Assembly (NCBI RefSeq): GCF_006345805.1 | Contig: NC_043009.1 | Location: 44,082,001-44,146,000, forward strand | Source of the DNA: Octopus sinensis | Taxonomy: Eukaryota | Reading direction: 5' to 3' | Length of the DNA stretch: 64,000 nt | In this document: one piece after another, positions 13,323 to 27,711 of the stretch | Layout of the letters: each line of letters opens with the position of its first letter | Numbering within the stretch: position 1 is the stretch's first letter | Program-made: the position numbers and the translations under genes | The notes under the pieces: model-generated | What the model was told of the DNA's origin: nothing | Database searches by the model: none | Seen by the model: the letters and a program-made list of their open reading frames with translations, nothing else

Positions 13323-15131
13323 AGATGGATTGAACGCCAAAATATTTCATTGTTCATCTACAGCCGGGTCACTGACACAGTTCCACTGCATTTTTTTAAA
13401 ATCACTTTTTCTTTCGTATCATAAATAACAAATTCGGATATCCTAACTTCAGTAGCGTTTGAAAAAAAAATCAGAATATCAAACTTAATTAATCAAACAA
13501 GCAAACATGCAAGACAAAAGAACACTTAATTTGGAGGGTTGATTGATATGTTAAAAGTGAGAAGTGAGAAATGATAGTCATCGAACACATTTTAAAAGAC
13601 AATTGCAGCGTGGAAGGTGTTTGTAAGCTATTTAAGAAACACACAAAAGCCGTTCGATTCACTTCAACATTTAAGTTTAATTTGTCAAAATATTTTCGTC
13701 GCTGCAATTGTTTTCGTTTCGGCACACGATCTCAGATCAAATCACTTGCTATGCAAGTACATCTCCGTAACATTTTAAAAGAATATTTCTGGAATCATTG
13801 TATCAACGCTGGCTATTGAAGAAAGGACAAATATTTCATTTTACAAACCAATAAATAATTCTCTCATGTATTCACCATTTTACGTGATGGGGGCCGTGAG
13901 AAGGGATTTTTTGATGTTACAATCGAGAAATTATTCAATTAGACGGCGGAATGGTCGTATAATGGCACACTCGACTAATAGAGGTGCGGGAACTTTGTAT
14001 GTCTTACTCAAGATGGGACGGCAGTGCCATGGTACTTTAATGAACCTCAAAGACTTATGGCAGGGAGGAAAGTATCTTCGCAACTGAGATCGGGCTTGAA
14101 TGCTTGAAATAAAGTGAACACTGCTAACAGTATCCAAGGATCAAGGGCTGAAGATAAACCGAATGGTAGAATAAGTCTACGACCCATGTAAGCTAGGGCA
14201 GAATTTAAACTCAGAACGCAAAGAATAGAACAAAGCATTGTCCAATGCTCTATCGATTCCCTCAGTCCACTGCCCTGATTGGCACTTAATTTACAGACCC
14301 CGGGAGAAGGAAAGACAAAGTTTACCTCGGCAGGATTTGAACTCAAAATGTAAAGAGCTAACGAAAAATTCTGCAAGACATTTCGTCCGACGCTCTAATG
14401 ACTCTACCAAACTACCTTGCAGTGCAATACATGTTCAAATTCCGACAGGTGTAGGACCGTTTTGCCTTCTGTCTAGCGACGATGGATGAATACAAGGTAT
14501 GTACCAGTTATGCAGTGTTGTCGACACAACTGGCCTGCTGTCACAATATAAGAGTTTGTTACTTCTATTACCTACACCACAATCACGTTCACAGACAGGC
14601 AGACAGAAAAACAAACAGACAGACAAACAGGCAGGCAGACAAACGGGCAGGCAGATATTCCTTCCAAAACCACCACCACAAACTGGTAGGTAAACAGACG
14701 GACTGACAGGCTGACACATATTCCCACTGTAGTATACAGACTAAAATGAAAATTTGATTTCTGATGACAATTTCCAATGCTAGAGCAGTTGGCGGGGAGA
14801 GGAGAGGAGAGGAGAGGAGGTCAAAGGTGAAATATTTTACGTGACAAGATTTCATGTCTGAGAGTACTGGAATGATGAGAAACGGTTGCAGAGAGAAAAG
14901 ACACAACTGCTGAAAGTAAATAGTGGTTGGCGTGGAAAACAAGCAAAAACAAAAGCAAAAAAGGGGAGAAGCATGCATTCTGCTAAACAAAGATGGAATC
15001 TTGGCACCGAGAAAAGATTACAGCCGAGTCTTCGACACATTTATCTTAGCATCAGCCACCCCCACGTTTCCTCGTATCAGCAAACACCATTGGTTGAACA
15101 ATATCTCGTCCACATCAATAGTTATTGTTGT

Positions 15132-15132
<1 letters not shown>

Positions 15133-15206
<74 letters not shown>

Positions 15207-15290
15207 CGACGATGATGACGACGACGATGATGATGATGATGATGATGATGATGAATGATGATGATGACGATGATGATGATGATGATGATG
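15133..15290. repeat. (GAT)n microsatellite
   Basis: Direct reading of the sequence. Confidence 0.95.
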
Positions 15291-15974
15291 AAGGTTGACG
15301 ATGATGTTTAGACCTAGGTCCACCGTGATCGCATAAAATTTTGATCATTGACGTTTCGAGATGTGACCATCCCGTCTTATTTTCACACATAGAGAGTATG
15401 TAACTTATTTTAATCAATGGACCCCCTTTTTTTTTGCTAAGACAGTTGGGTGTGGACTTCGGGAGAATTTGGTTGCTATTTTTAGCAAGTCACATGCCAA
15501 CATAGAATTGTTGCAGTTGATGGTGGTGGTGGTTTTGGGGGCGGTGGTGGTGGTGGTGGGGATGGTGATGGTGGTAGTTGTGGTGGTGGTTGTGATCATG
15601 ATGGTAGTCGTGGTGGCGTTGTTGTTATTGCTAGTGTCGGTGGTGGTATTTTGGGGGTTGTGATGGTCGTGGTAGTAGTTGTGGTGGTGATTGTGATCAT
15701 GATGGTAGTCGTGGTGGCGTTGTTGTTATTGCTAGTGGTGGTGGTCGTGGTAGTCGTGATGTGGTCGTGGCTGCATCGATGGAGGTGGTCGTGGTTCTGG
15801 TCGTTGTCATCATTGTGGTTATGGTTGTGGCGTTGGTCGTGATCGTATCGTGGTTGTGGCGGTGGTGACAGTGATGGAGATGATAGTGATGGTAGTGCTG
15901 GTGGCACAGTGTAAGACAATAATGATGAAGAAAACCCCTACAAGAATCGAAAACCGACCAGGCCAATCTCCCTG

Positions 15975-16795
<821 letters not shown>

Positions 16796-17544
16796 CTTGG
16801 AATCTATCCAACCATTTCGTTCTTTGTCTAACCCTAGGTCTCTGTTGGCTTGTTGGCTCGGCTTGATGAATCCGTCTTGCAATCGTTTTCTACATCATTC
16901 TAATCACATTCTCATCTTAGAATACCCCTTAGAATAAATTCGATGGAATCAAATTTTTGGCACCGAGGGATTCCAATAATAATAATAATAGAGGACTCTA
17001 TGCCCAATGTTTTTTTTCATTGGACACAAAAAGATTAATGGGTAAGACAGGATGTAAAAGGGACCTTCCGATTCTGCTATCCACCAACCTTAGAGTAAAT
17101 ATTTCTGATTTAGACACAAGGTTAGCATTTTCTAATTCTCTATCGATTCTATCATCTCATCGTTAATTATTTTAAGTTTTGGCATAAGGCCAGTAATTGT
17201 GTGTGGAGCGGGGCGGGTAGTTGATTACATCGACCCCAGTGCATGACTGGTGCTTTATTTTAACGATCCAGAAAGCATTTTATCCAGCGTGCTAACGATT
17301 CTACGAACTCGTGGTCTGGGCCTGGAGTTAATAATGATCTCAAATTCTGGCAAAAGGCCAGCAATTTTGAGGGAGGGAAGGTCAGTCGATTACATCGACC
17401 CTGTTACGCAGCTGGTACTTATTTTCTCGACCCTGAAAGGATGAAAAACAAATCGAACTCAGTGCGTGAAGATGGACGAAATGCCGCGAACGATTCTGCC
17501 AGCTCGTCGCCTTACTTGGAGTTAATAATAGAATATGTTTTAAT

Positions 17545-17920
17545 AGTGGCTGCGTGGTACGTAGCTTGCTTACGAACCACATGGTTCCGGGTTCAGTCCC
17601 ACTGCGTGGCACCTTGGGCAAGTGTCTTCTGCCTTGTGAGTGGATTTGGTAGACGGAAACTGAAAGAAGCCTGTCGTATATATGTATATGTATGTGTGTG
17701 TGTGTGTTTGTGTGTCGGTGTTTGTCCCCCTAGCATTGCTTCACAACCGATGCTGGTGTGTTTACGTCCCCGTCACTTAGCGGTTCGGCAAAAGAGAGCG
17801 ATAGAATAAGTACTGGGCTTACAAAGAATAAGTCCCGGGGTCGATTTGCTCGACTAAAGGCGGTGCTCCAGCATGGCCGCAGTCAAATGACTGAAACAAG
17901 TAAAAGAGAAAGAGAAAGAG
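17545..17920 (+). mobile_element. SINE family A
   Basis: Matches the other family A copies. Confidence 0.85.
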
Positions 17921-17921
17921 A

Positions 17922-17967
<46 letters not shown>

Positions 17968-18493
17968 TGTGTGTGTGTGCGTGTGTTCCGCTCTCACCGT
18001 CTTGTTCACGTCTGCATATGAGTGTGTGTGTGTATGTGCTGAAGAACGACCGAAGTCTTGTTTAAGAAGATAATCTGAGAAGGGTTTTCGAAACAAGCAC
18101 TCAAGTGGAACTATGTCTAGCAGAGCATCAACAAGTCGCCTTTGTTCTTCATCTCAATCTGACGGCTGCCGTATTCAATGGCTGGGCCCCGCCAACGCCA
18201 CTCTCAACTCCTCCACTATGTCACACACCCAACCAACCACGCACCACCTATCAGCTATAATCACTACCCTTACCAAATCCGCCACTCCACTCCATCACAC
18301 CGACAACTGAAGAGGCTTGTCAGAAGAAGAAAAAAAATAGTTCATCTCTGATGTGTTTGTTTTAATCTTTTATTATTAAGACGAGATATGAAACGTGGGG
18401 GCAGATATGAGGGCTTAATGAGTTCTGGGAGACCAGCGACCAGAAGAGAGGGATGTGTAACTGACAAAGGGTTTGAGACATGGAGAGAAAGAC

Positions 18494-18528
<35 letters not shown>

Positions 18529-18637
18529 TAGACAAAGAGCGGCAGAGACAGAGAGATAGAAAGATAACGAAAGATAAATTAGATATGGAATTATAAAGTG
18601 TGGAGGAACGGGAATCGTCAAAAAGTTCACTGAAATT

Positions 18638-18673
18638 GATGATGATGATGATGACGATGATGACGACGACGAC

Positions 18674-18759
<86 letters not shown>

Positions 18760-18885
18760 CGATGATGGTGATGATGATGATGACGATGATGATGATGACG
18801 ATGATGATGATGATGGTGATGGTGGTGGTGGTGGTGGTAGGGTTGGGGTGGCGGCGGTGGCGGCTGGCGGTGGTGATGATGATTT
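18638..18885. repeat. (GAT)n/(GGT)n compound microsatellite
   Basis: Direct reading of the sequence. Confidence 0.9.
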
Positions 18886-19194
18886 GGACAATAAGTTCAG
18901 AAACAAAAATCTGTTCCTTTCTTCTCGTTCTTTTATCTTTATTCCATTTCTTAGTAGGTATTTATGTATTTGTGTTGTTTTGATCCCAGATTTTAAAAGA
19001 CAGATCTATTATCTGCCCCAAGAAGGTATCAAGATTAATGTCAGTCTGTCTTTTACTAGTGACTTTGTAAAGGAACTCAAAAAACCAAGATATACTCTAT
19101 GACTTTATGATAACTGGAAATGACCAAACTCGAGCAGTCGGTTGTTGTAATCCCGTCATTAGGGGCCACTTTAACGGTTATCATACCATGTTTT

Positions 19195-19613
19195 AAGGCG
19201 GCGAGCTGGCAGAAACGTTAGCACGCCCGACGAAATGCCTAGCGGTATTTCGTCTGCCGCTACGTTCTGAGTTCAAATTCCGCCGAGGTCGACTTTGCCT
19301 TTCATCCTTTCGGGGTCGATTAAATAAGTACCAGTTACGCACTGGGGTCGATATAATCGACTTAATCCGTTTGTCTGTCCTTGTTTGTCCTCTCTGTGTT
19401 TAGCCCCTTGTGGGTAGTAAAGAAATAGGTATTTCGTCTGCCGCTACGTTCTGAGTTCAAATTCCGCCGAGGTCGACTTTGCCTTTCATCCTTTCGGGGT
19501 CGATTAAATAAGTACCAGTTACGGACTGGAATCGATATAATCGACTTAATCTGTTTGTCTGTCCTTGTTTGTCCTCTATGTGTTTAGTCCCTTATGGGTA
19601 GTAAAGAAATAGG
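19195..19613 (+). mobile_element. SINE family B with internal tandem duplication; ~18-bp diverged TSD
   Basis: Second partial unit starts after the tail at ~19430; flanks tatcataccatgttttaa / tatcgtaccatcttttaa. Confidence 0.9.
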
Positions 19614-19950
19614 TATCGTACCATCTTTTAACCATTTAATAACCGAAAAACGGCCGCGTGGGTAAGCAGCTTGGTAACAGCTTGGCTTGATACTATAGAA
19701 GCAGGCACCTACATGTCTGTGACTTTCGATTGGTTAAAATTACCCAAAATTTGCAAAATTTAAAAACTTTTAAATCTTTATTCATTGATGTATGGGGGAA
19801 ATGAATTTCATGGCAATGACTACCATATCAGACTACATCATTACACCAAATATGAAATCAATTGGAACAAAAATTGGAGAAACTGCAAAGTGGCAGCCAA
19901 ACAGAAAAGATACCAGTTCGTTCCAGGGCGACATGATTGCGATTTACACA

Positions 19951-19986
<36 letters not shown>

Positions 19987-20029
19987 GACAATTTCGCAAT
20001 GTGCCCTATGTCTTTTATAGCTATATGGG

Positions 20030-20835
20030 GCTAATGCAGTTTCGCACCTCTCCTTGAAAAATGCATTAAAAAAATTTTTTTAACTTTTTCGGATTCCGAC
20101 GTTTTAGATGTCGGAGATTACGACTATGCAAAAATAATTTTCTTTTAATTTCACCCCACACTCATTAAATTTCTTTTTATTTTGTTTGCTTCAAAGCGAT
20201 CGAAGCGAATTGACGAACAAATGCAAATCGAACTTAAATACAGACAAAAACATTAAAGTGAAAAGATTTTGCGTTTTACTTGTGTTTGCCTTAAATAATC
20301 GTAAATAATAAATAATATAACGTAAATTGAATATACACCATTTTATGAGAAACAAACATTAATGTTTAATAATTAATGTTACGAAGTTTAATAAAGGGCT
20401 CAAATTTCACACCCTCTCCAATTTTAAATTTTGAACTTCTTCCTCTATTTAATTATTTATCTATCCGTTTATTCATAAAATATATTTGTCAACTAAATGT
20501 AGCGGTCCTATAGAGGACGGTGTTACTGTTTTTTTTAGCCCCAGGAAGACATTCATATTTAGCTTTTTATACGCCTATCTATATGCTTATTGAATTTAAA
20601 AATTTAAAAAACGTGGTTTCTTGCATATTCGGAATCTCCATCATCTAAAACATAGGGAAAAAACAATTTTGAAAAAGTTCAAAATTTTAAGGAGGGAGAG
20701 GGAGAGAAGGGGTAATTTTTTGTTGTGGTGGGGGGGGGGTGCATATTCGTAATCTCCGACATCTAAAACGTAGGGATCCGAAAAATTGTTTTTAAAATAA
20801 TGCATTTTTCAAGGAGAGGTGCGAAACTGCATGAG
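20030..20835. mobile_element. MITE with ~100-bp terminal inverted repeats
   Basis: atgcagtttcgcacctctccttgaaaaatgcatta...gatgtcggagattacg (20034-20130) is mirrored at 20741-20832; a third subterminal copy lies near 20620-20660. Confidence 0.7.
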
Positions 20836-20886
20836 ACTCGTCATATTCCTATTGAAATAATACACTACCTTTGTTTCAATTCATGA

Positions 20887-21267
20887 CTCTCTCTTTTACT
20901 CTTTTACTTGTTTCAGTCATTTGACTGCGACCCGGGACTTATTCTTTGTAAGCCCTGTACTTATTCTATCGGTCTCTTTTGCCAAACCGCTAAGTGACGG
21001 GGACGTAAACACACCAGCATCGGTTGTCAAGCAATGCTAGGGGGACAAACACAGACATACAAACACATACACACACATACATATATATATATATACATAT
21101 ATACGACAGGCTTCTTTCAGTTTCTGTCTACCAAATCCACTCACAAGGCATTGGTCGGCCCGGGGCTATAGCAGAAGACACTTGCCCAAGATGCCACGCA
21201 GTGGGACTGAACCCGGAACCATGTGGTTGGTAAGCAAGCTACTTACCACACAGCCACTCCTGCACCT
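20887..21267 (-). mobile_element. SINE family A (small internal deletion)
   Basis: Matches the other family A copies. Confidence 0.85.
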
Positions 21268-22235
21268 AAAATTAATAAAATAATTTTAGCATTTTTAATT
21301 TGGTGTTTGAAAACAAATTAACATGGAATTTTAATTGAAAAATTTAACTTAGATACTTTAAAACAAGACGTTTTGTTTCATAGAACCAGGGCCGATCTAA
21401 GGCAGGTTGGTAGGGATCAAAAGGTTTAAGGCAGCACTACCTGTCATCGCCTGCATGTTGTTGTTGTTGTTGTTGCTGCTGCTCCTGCTGCTGGTGCGAC
21501 ACGCCACCTCGCGGAATTCATTTCTCCGACGGACCGACGTTTTGCAGAGGAAATCGGTAGTACGGGGGTCCTAGAACATAAGACGTCTCGACGGCGACCG
21601 GCACAACCTGATAGGGGTCAATCAGTCTCTCCTCCACATAACGGGTGGCGACACCCGGGCTTTCAGCCGATGCTTAGAAAGTTGGAGCCAATATGAGAGT
21701 TTTTCGCCCACAGTATAGTTTGTTCTAACAGAACGTCTGCGTTTAAGTGGGAATAAATACACGTTCTGAGTTCCAATTCTGCCTAGGTCGACTTTGCCTT
21801 TCATCCTTTCGGGGTCGATAAAATAAGGACCAGTCAAGCACTGGAGTCGATGTAATCGACTAGCCCCCACTCATATTAATATTAGTATCATTGGCACCGA
21901 TCGAGCAGACCTGTGGCACATATCTAATCAATCAAGCAACAAGATGAGGACCCTAGATCTATTGTTTGAAATATACTCTGTTTTCTGTCTCTAACCCAGG
22001 GCCCATGATGTACATTACCCCTCAGTGATAACTGTATAGGGTACAGTAAGACAATTGGAATATACTGTACTCTAACCCAGGACCCATGTGTACACCACCC
22101 TACATTCTATCGGTGTTGGTATGTTTACGTCCCCATAGCTTAGCAGTTCGGCCAAAGAGACCGACAGAATAAGTATCAGGCTTTAAAAATATATTTCTAT
22201 ATAAACGTTGTTGTTTAACCCCAAATCAGTGGAGA

Positions 22236-22340
22236 TGGGTGGTTTAGTGCTTAGGGTATTCGACTTACGATCGTAAGGTCCTCAGTTCGATTCCCAGTGG
22301 TTCGCTGCGTCCTTGAACAAGATACTTTATTTAAGTTGCT
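22236..22340 (+). mobile_element. tRNA-Val(TAC)-like SINE head (distinct family), truncated
   Basis: A box tggtttagtg, anticodon arm cga-cttacga-tcg, B box agttcgattccc; no acceptor stem; continues into gtccttgaacaagatacttta. Confidence 0.5.
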
Positions 22341-22348
22341 AAAAATGA

Positions 22349-22660
22349 GTAAGTAGCTTGCTAAACAACCACATGGTTCCGGGTTCAGTCCCACTGCGTG
22401 GCATCTTGGGCAAGTGTCTTCTGCTATAGCCCCGGGCCGACCAATGCCTTGTGAGTGGATTTGGTAGACGGAAACTGAAAAAAGCCTGTCACATATATGT
22501 ATATATATATGTGTGTGTGTTTGTGTGTCTGTGTTTGTCCCCCTAGCATTGCTTGACAACCGATGCTGGTGTGTTTACGTCGATTTGCTCGACTAAAGGC
22601 GGTGCTCCAGCATGGCCGCAGTCAAATGACTGAAACAAGTAAAAGAGTAAAAAGAGAGAG
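22349..22660 (+). mobile_element. SINE family A (internal deletion)
   Basis: Matches the other family A copies. Confidence 0.8.
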
Positions 22661-23282
22661 AGTACCTGTAATTCAAAGGGGCCAGTATTGTCATATCCTG
22701 TGTCATGCTGAAACTCCCAGAGAACTACGTTAAGGGTATGTGTGAATCTGTAGAAGGTTCAACCACATGCACGTTAATTTCACGAGCATGCTGTTCCATT
22801 GATCGGATCAACTGAAAAACCTCACCCGTTGTAGCAGACGGAGAACCATTTTTAACCCTAAGCTAAATGTAGGCCTCGGTAAAGAAGATGAGATGATCGC
22901 GACTGCAATTCCTTTGGTCATAGGTTCTCATCATCAGGATTAACTTGAGGCCTACAAACAACAACAACAACAACAACAACCTCTCATTCGTTTAGATTTA
23001 TGCCACAGGCACGGAAGTCCGGGTTTCAGGAAGTCTTCAGAACCGATTTTGTTTTCGGCGCCAATGCCTGCATGGTGCAAGTACCAGCTTACCTCACCCG
23101 TATTCAGCACAAAATAATATCAGGGTACATAAAGGAAATTAAGAGATAGAATTACTTACTAACTGCCTTTCTGTCTCTCCTTTCTCTTTTTCACACAGAC
23201 ATACTCTCTCTCTCTTTCTCCTTCCTCTCTCTCTCTTTCTCCTTCCTCTCTCTCTCTCTCTTTCTCCTTCCTCTCTCCCTCC

Positions 23283-23336
<54 letters not shown>

Positions 23337-24504
23337 ATCCCTTACCTTACCTTTCCCTATCTCTCTGTCCCCTCCTCCCCCATTCTCATGAAACTTAAGT
23401 TCGAAACAAACTTATAATCTTCCTGTTTAGAAATTAAATAATTCTGAAACACAAGCCACATGATAAACAAAATGTAAAGTCGCATAAAAGAATATTTATT
23501 GCGTGGAACGTGAAAAAAAAGATATAATAATAATAATAAAATAAAATATTCTGTAGTAAAAAAAATTGTTGTATCACTAACATTGTTTCTGTCAAAAACG
23601 GGAGACAACTAAGGACATGTTTGACGTTATTTCAGTATCGTCAGCGAAATGCATATTGGTCCCGACTTAATGAATTAGTGATCAAATGATAACAAGTAGT
23701 TACTGGGAAAAACATTAAATAGATATTTGCAAACAGGTCTCGCTTCATCGAAAACCGGTGATTACCGTACGTTGACAAATACCTCGAAACTGCAGTCCGT
23801 GCGTATCACTTAGGTTCACGAGAGAGGGATGACCTCCCTTTGCAAATATCATAAGGGCACAGAAAGTGTGCCTAAAGCCAGCTGGAGACGATGACCTCCT
23901 GGGGCTAAAAGCTACAGTAACACCCACTCTTAGTGGTTAGCCATATTGAGATGGCTAGTATACTTTACGTTGTCGAGCGGTTACTGTTTACATCTCGTTC
24001 AGAGATTTATTATTGCGATCAAATGATTGTTTATCAGTTATTAAAGTATTCCCATGATCATTTTGGACTTACTGTAAAACGCACCAATCACACGTTATTA
24101 TTAACATCAGAATATTTTGAGGACTTCGAACGTTAATGGACCAATGGATTTAGGAATTATATTATTTCAAACTAAAAATAAGACCAAGAAGACGATATGA
24201 AACGAAAATCATTAACATAAAAGATCAAACTTGAACATAGTCGTGATTTTAAACATGTTTGAAAGAAGAGCTGTTCCCTGTTCACACGCATACATATATA
24301 CATACGTACATATATACATGCATGCATACATACATACATACATACATACATACATACATACATACATGCATGCATGCATGCATACATACATACATACATA
24401 CATACATACATACATACATACATACATACATACATACATACATAAACGTTCACACTATATGTACATAGATTCATATATATATATATATATTATTTTATTT
24501 TATC

Positions 24505-24808
24505 CTTTTATTTGTTTCAGTCATTTGACTGTGGCCATGATGGAGCACTGCAGAAGAAATCTACCCCAGGACTTATACTTTCTAAGCCTGATACTTACTC
24601 TATCGGTCTCTTTTGCCGAACCGGTAAGTTACGGGGACATAAACATACCAACATCGGTTGTCAAGCGTTGTTGGTGGAGGACAAACACACACAAAGACAC
24701 ATTAATATATATGTATGTATCTGTATGTATGTATGTATGTGTATATATATATATATATATATACGTATATATATATATATATTATATATATATATATATA
24801 TTATATAT

Positions 24809-24855
<47 letters not shown>

Positions 24856-25042
24856 TATATATATTATATATATATATATATACGACGGACCTCTTTCAGT
24901 TTCCGTCAATCCACTCACAAGTCTTTTTGTCGGCCCGAGGCTATACTAGAAGACACTTGCCTAAGGTGCCATGCAGTGGAACTAAATCCGGAACCATGTG
25001 ATTGGGCAACAAGCTTCTTACCACACAGCCACACCTGCGCCT
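24505..25042 (-). mobile_element. SINE family A with expanded (TA)n
   Basis: Matches the other family A copies. Confidence 0.8.
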
Positions 25043-25099
25043 ACACACACACACATACACACACACATACACACACACATACATACATACATACATACA

Positions 25100-25107
25100 T
25101 ACATACA

Positions 25108-25143
<36 letters not shown>

Positions 25144-26095
25144 TACATGATCTTGACAGATGGTAGCCGCACACACACACCGCACCCTATCACACAGCAC
25201 AATCCTTCCGTTGATGAGCCTTCAGATGACTTTTAAGACCAGCTGTTGATTGATAGGGTTTAAAACACAAGTGACAGATATTATTCAGGTTTCTTCTATA
25301 TCGTTGCCCTCTGGAATCCGATTCTGAAGGAATATTTCTGTGAACTAGCATATGTCTTTTTAAGTCCAGATATTGTCTTACGAGTTTTATGACACAAGTC
25401 GTAAGAGGTGGTTGGAGTTCAAGATTATTACCTACCTGGGTATTTCGGTTTTCACGTATCCTGCTTTTGACAACAGAACATAATCGCACATAATACATAT
25501 CCAATGTTTACTGTTGCTTTCAGTTCCAATTGTTCCTTTCCGACAGGCCCTTTTAACCTCAGAGCGCTGAATCATCTTTTCCTCCCAGGGCATTGCAACC
25601 AGTCCTAACAGCACCTCTCCACTTATTTCCGATCCAGAACATCAGTTTCCCAGTCACTTTTGTTCGTATCTAGTTTCTTCAGGTTTCCCGTCACACAGTC
25701 TTTATACCTTTTCCTCAGCTTATGTTGTGGTCGCTTACCAGAGTTGAACTCACCATAAAAAAAGACGCTTTGGAAATTGCTTATCTTTCGTTCTAATAAC
25801 ATGTCCAGCCCATCTCATTTAAACCAAGATAACATGTTGTTCAGTTGAACTACAACGTGCCATGCGCAAAACTTCTGTATCTGGAATGAAACATTCCCAC
25901 TTGACTCCCAAGATACGTCTGAAGAACTTTTGATGAAATCTCTCCAGGATTTTCATATGACGCTTGTAAGTCTCACTCGAATAAAAAAAAAGTGCCGTCG
26001 GTACACACGTTTTATATACATACATACATACATACATACATACATACATACATACATACATACATACATACATACATAATACATACATACATACA

Positions 26096-26131
<36 letters not shown>

Positions 26132-27100
26132 TACATGATCTTGACAGATGGTAGCCGCACACACACACCGCACCCTATCACACAGCACAATCCTTCCGTT
26201 GATGAGCCTTCAGATGACTTTTAAGACCAGCTGTTGATTGATAGGGTTTAAAACACAAGTGACAGATATTATTCAGGTTTCTTCTATATCGTTGCCCTCT
26301 GGAATCCGATTCTGAAGGAATATTTCTGTGAACTAGCATATGTCTTTTTAAGTCCAGATATTGTCTTACGAGTTTTATGACACAAGTCGTAAGAGGTGGT
26401 TGGAGTTCAAGATTATTACCTACCTGGGTATTTCGGTTTTCACGTATCCTGCTTTTGACAACAGAACATAATCGCACATAATACATATCCAATGTTTACT
26501 GTTGCTTTCAGTTCCAATTGTTCCTTTCCGACAGGCCCTTTTAACCTCAGAGCGCTGAATCATCTTTTCCTCCCAGGGCATTGCAACCAGTCCTAACAGC
26601 ACCTCTCCACTTATTTCCGATCCAGAACATCAGTTTCCCAGTCACTTTTGTTCGTATCTAGTTTCTTCAGGTTTCCCGTCACACAGTCTTTATACCTTTT
26701 CCTCAGCTTATGTTGTGGTCGCTTACCAGAGTTGAACTCACCATAAAAAAAGACGCTTTGGAAATTGCTTATCTTTCGTTCTAATAACATGTCCAGCCCA
26801 TCTCATTTAAACCAAGATAACATGTTGTTCAGTTGAACTACAACGTGCCATGCGCAAAACTTCTGTATCTGGAATGAAACATTCCCACTTGACTCCCAAG
26901 ATACGTCTGAAGAACTTTTGATGAAATCTCTCCAGGATTTTCATATGACGCTTGTAAGTCTCACTCGAATAAAAAAAAAGTGCCGTCGGTACACACGTTT
27001 TATATACATACATACATACATACATACATACATGCATACATACATACATACAACATACATACATACATACATACATACATACATACATACATACATACAT
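25100..27100. repeat. Tandem duplication, 988-bp period, bounded by (TACA)n arrays
   Basis: Identical ORFs at offset 988 (25190/26178, 25432/26420, 25819/26807). Confidence 0.9.
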
Positions 27101-27660
27101 ACATGGTGGCTCCCCACCTCGTTATCGAGTATGGCCATTGCACGAAGCTTAATCAATGTTGTTATCGTGCAATGCCTGTGCAAGAAGATTTTTTTTAAAG
27201 TGAGGAAAGGCTGTGCACCGAGTCAATCCCACTCACTAAGCAACAACAGCCATAATCCGAAAAGAAGAACAAGTCAACATCATCAGTAACCACTGAGCCG
27301 CAGGTTTTATATCGGAATTATCCCAGTTACCTGAGTTACCTTCTCCTAGAAGGATGCCCTAACAAAGGCTAGGAGTCCTTCACTCCCAATGGTTTAACCG
27401 CGCGATCGGGTATTAAGTCCGATTATTACTATGTCCCCGCGCATGATACAGCCTTAAGAAATTTATTGGATGGCCGTTGACTCTCAAAAGTTCCTCCACC
27501 CTTTGACGGGTTTTGTTTTTCATCCCGCAGGGTGTCCAATAAACACCTTCCTCACCAAGCAAGCTTGGTAGGGTTGCCGGTCTAGTCGCCGACGACCCGA
27601 CCATGCAACAGGTTGTACTGGGTTACATGTTACCAGTAGCACTCGAAAGTGACCTGACAT
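25145..27660 (-). mobile_element. Decayed RTE-clade LINE (5' UTR-like segment, RT C-terminus, terminal zinc finger), partly duplicated
   Basis: VYKTCVPTAL.YSSETY...LERFHQKFFRRILGVKW...DTEVL and CHLCFKPYQSTAGLKSHLKAH; RTE-like leader ggagaaggtaactc...aaaacct near 27300-27350. Confidence 0.7.
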
Positions 27661-27679
27661 ACATACATACATACATACA

Positions 27680-27711
<32 letters not shown>

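Noticed and set aside
13867-14129. Possible solo LTR (TG...CA with AATAAA)
   Set aside because: No matching target-site duplication and no second copy in the window.
14990-15121. Open frames on both strands as an exon
   Set aside because: The upstream sequence is purine-rich with no polypyrimidine tract and the donor is weak; strand cannot be decided.
22236-22310. tRNA-Val gene
   Set aside because: No acceptor stem, and it continues into SINE body sequence.
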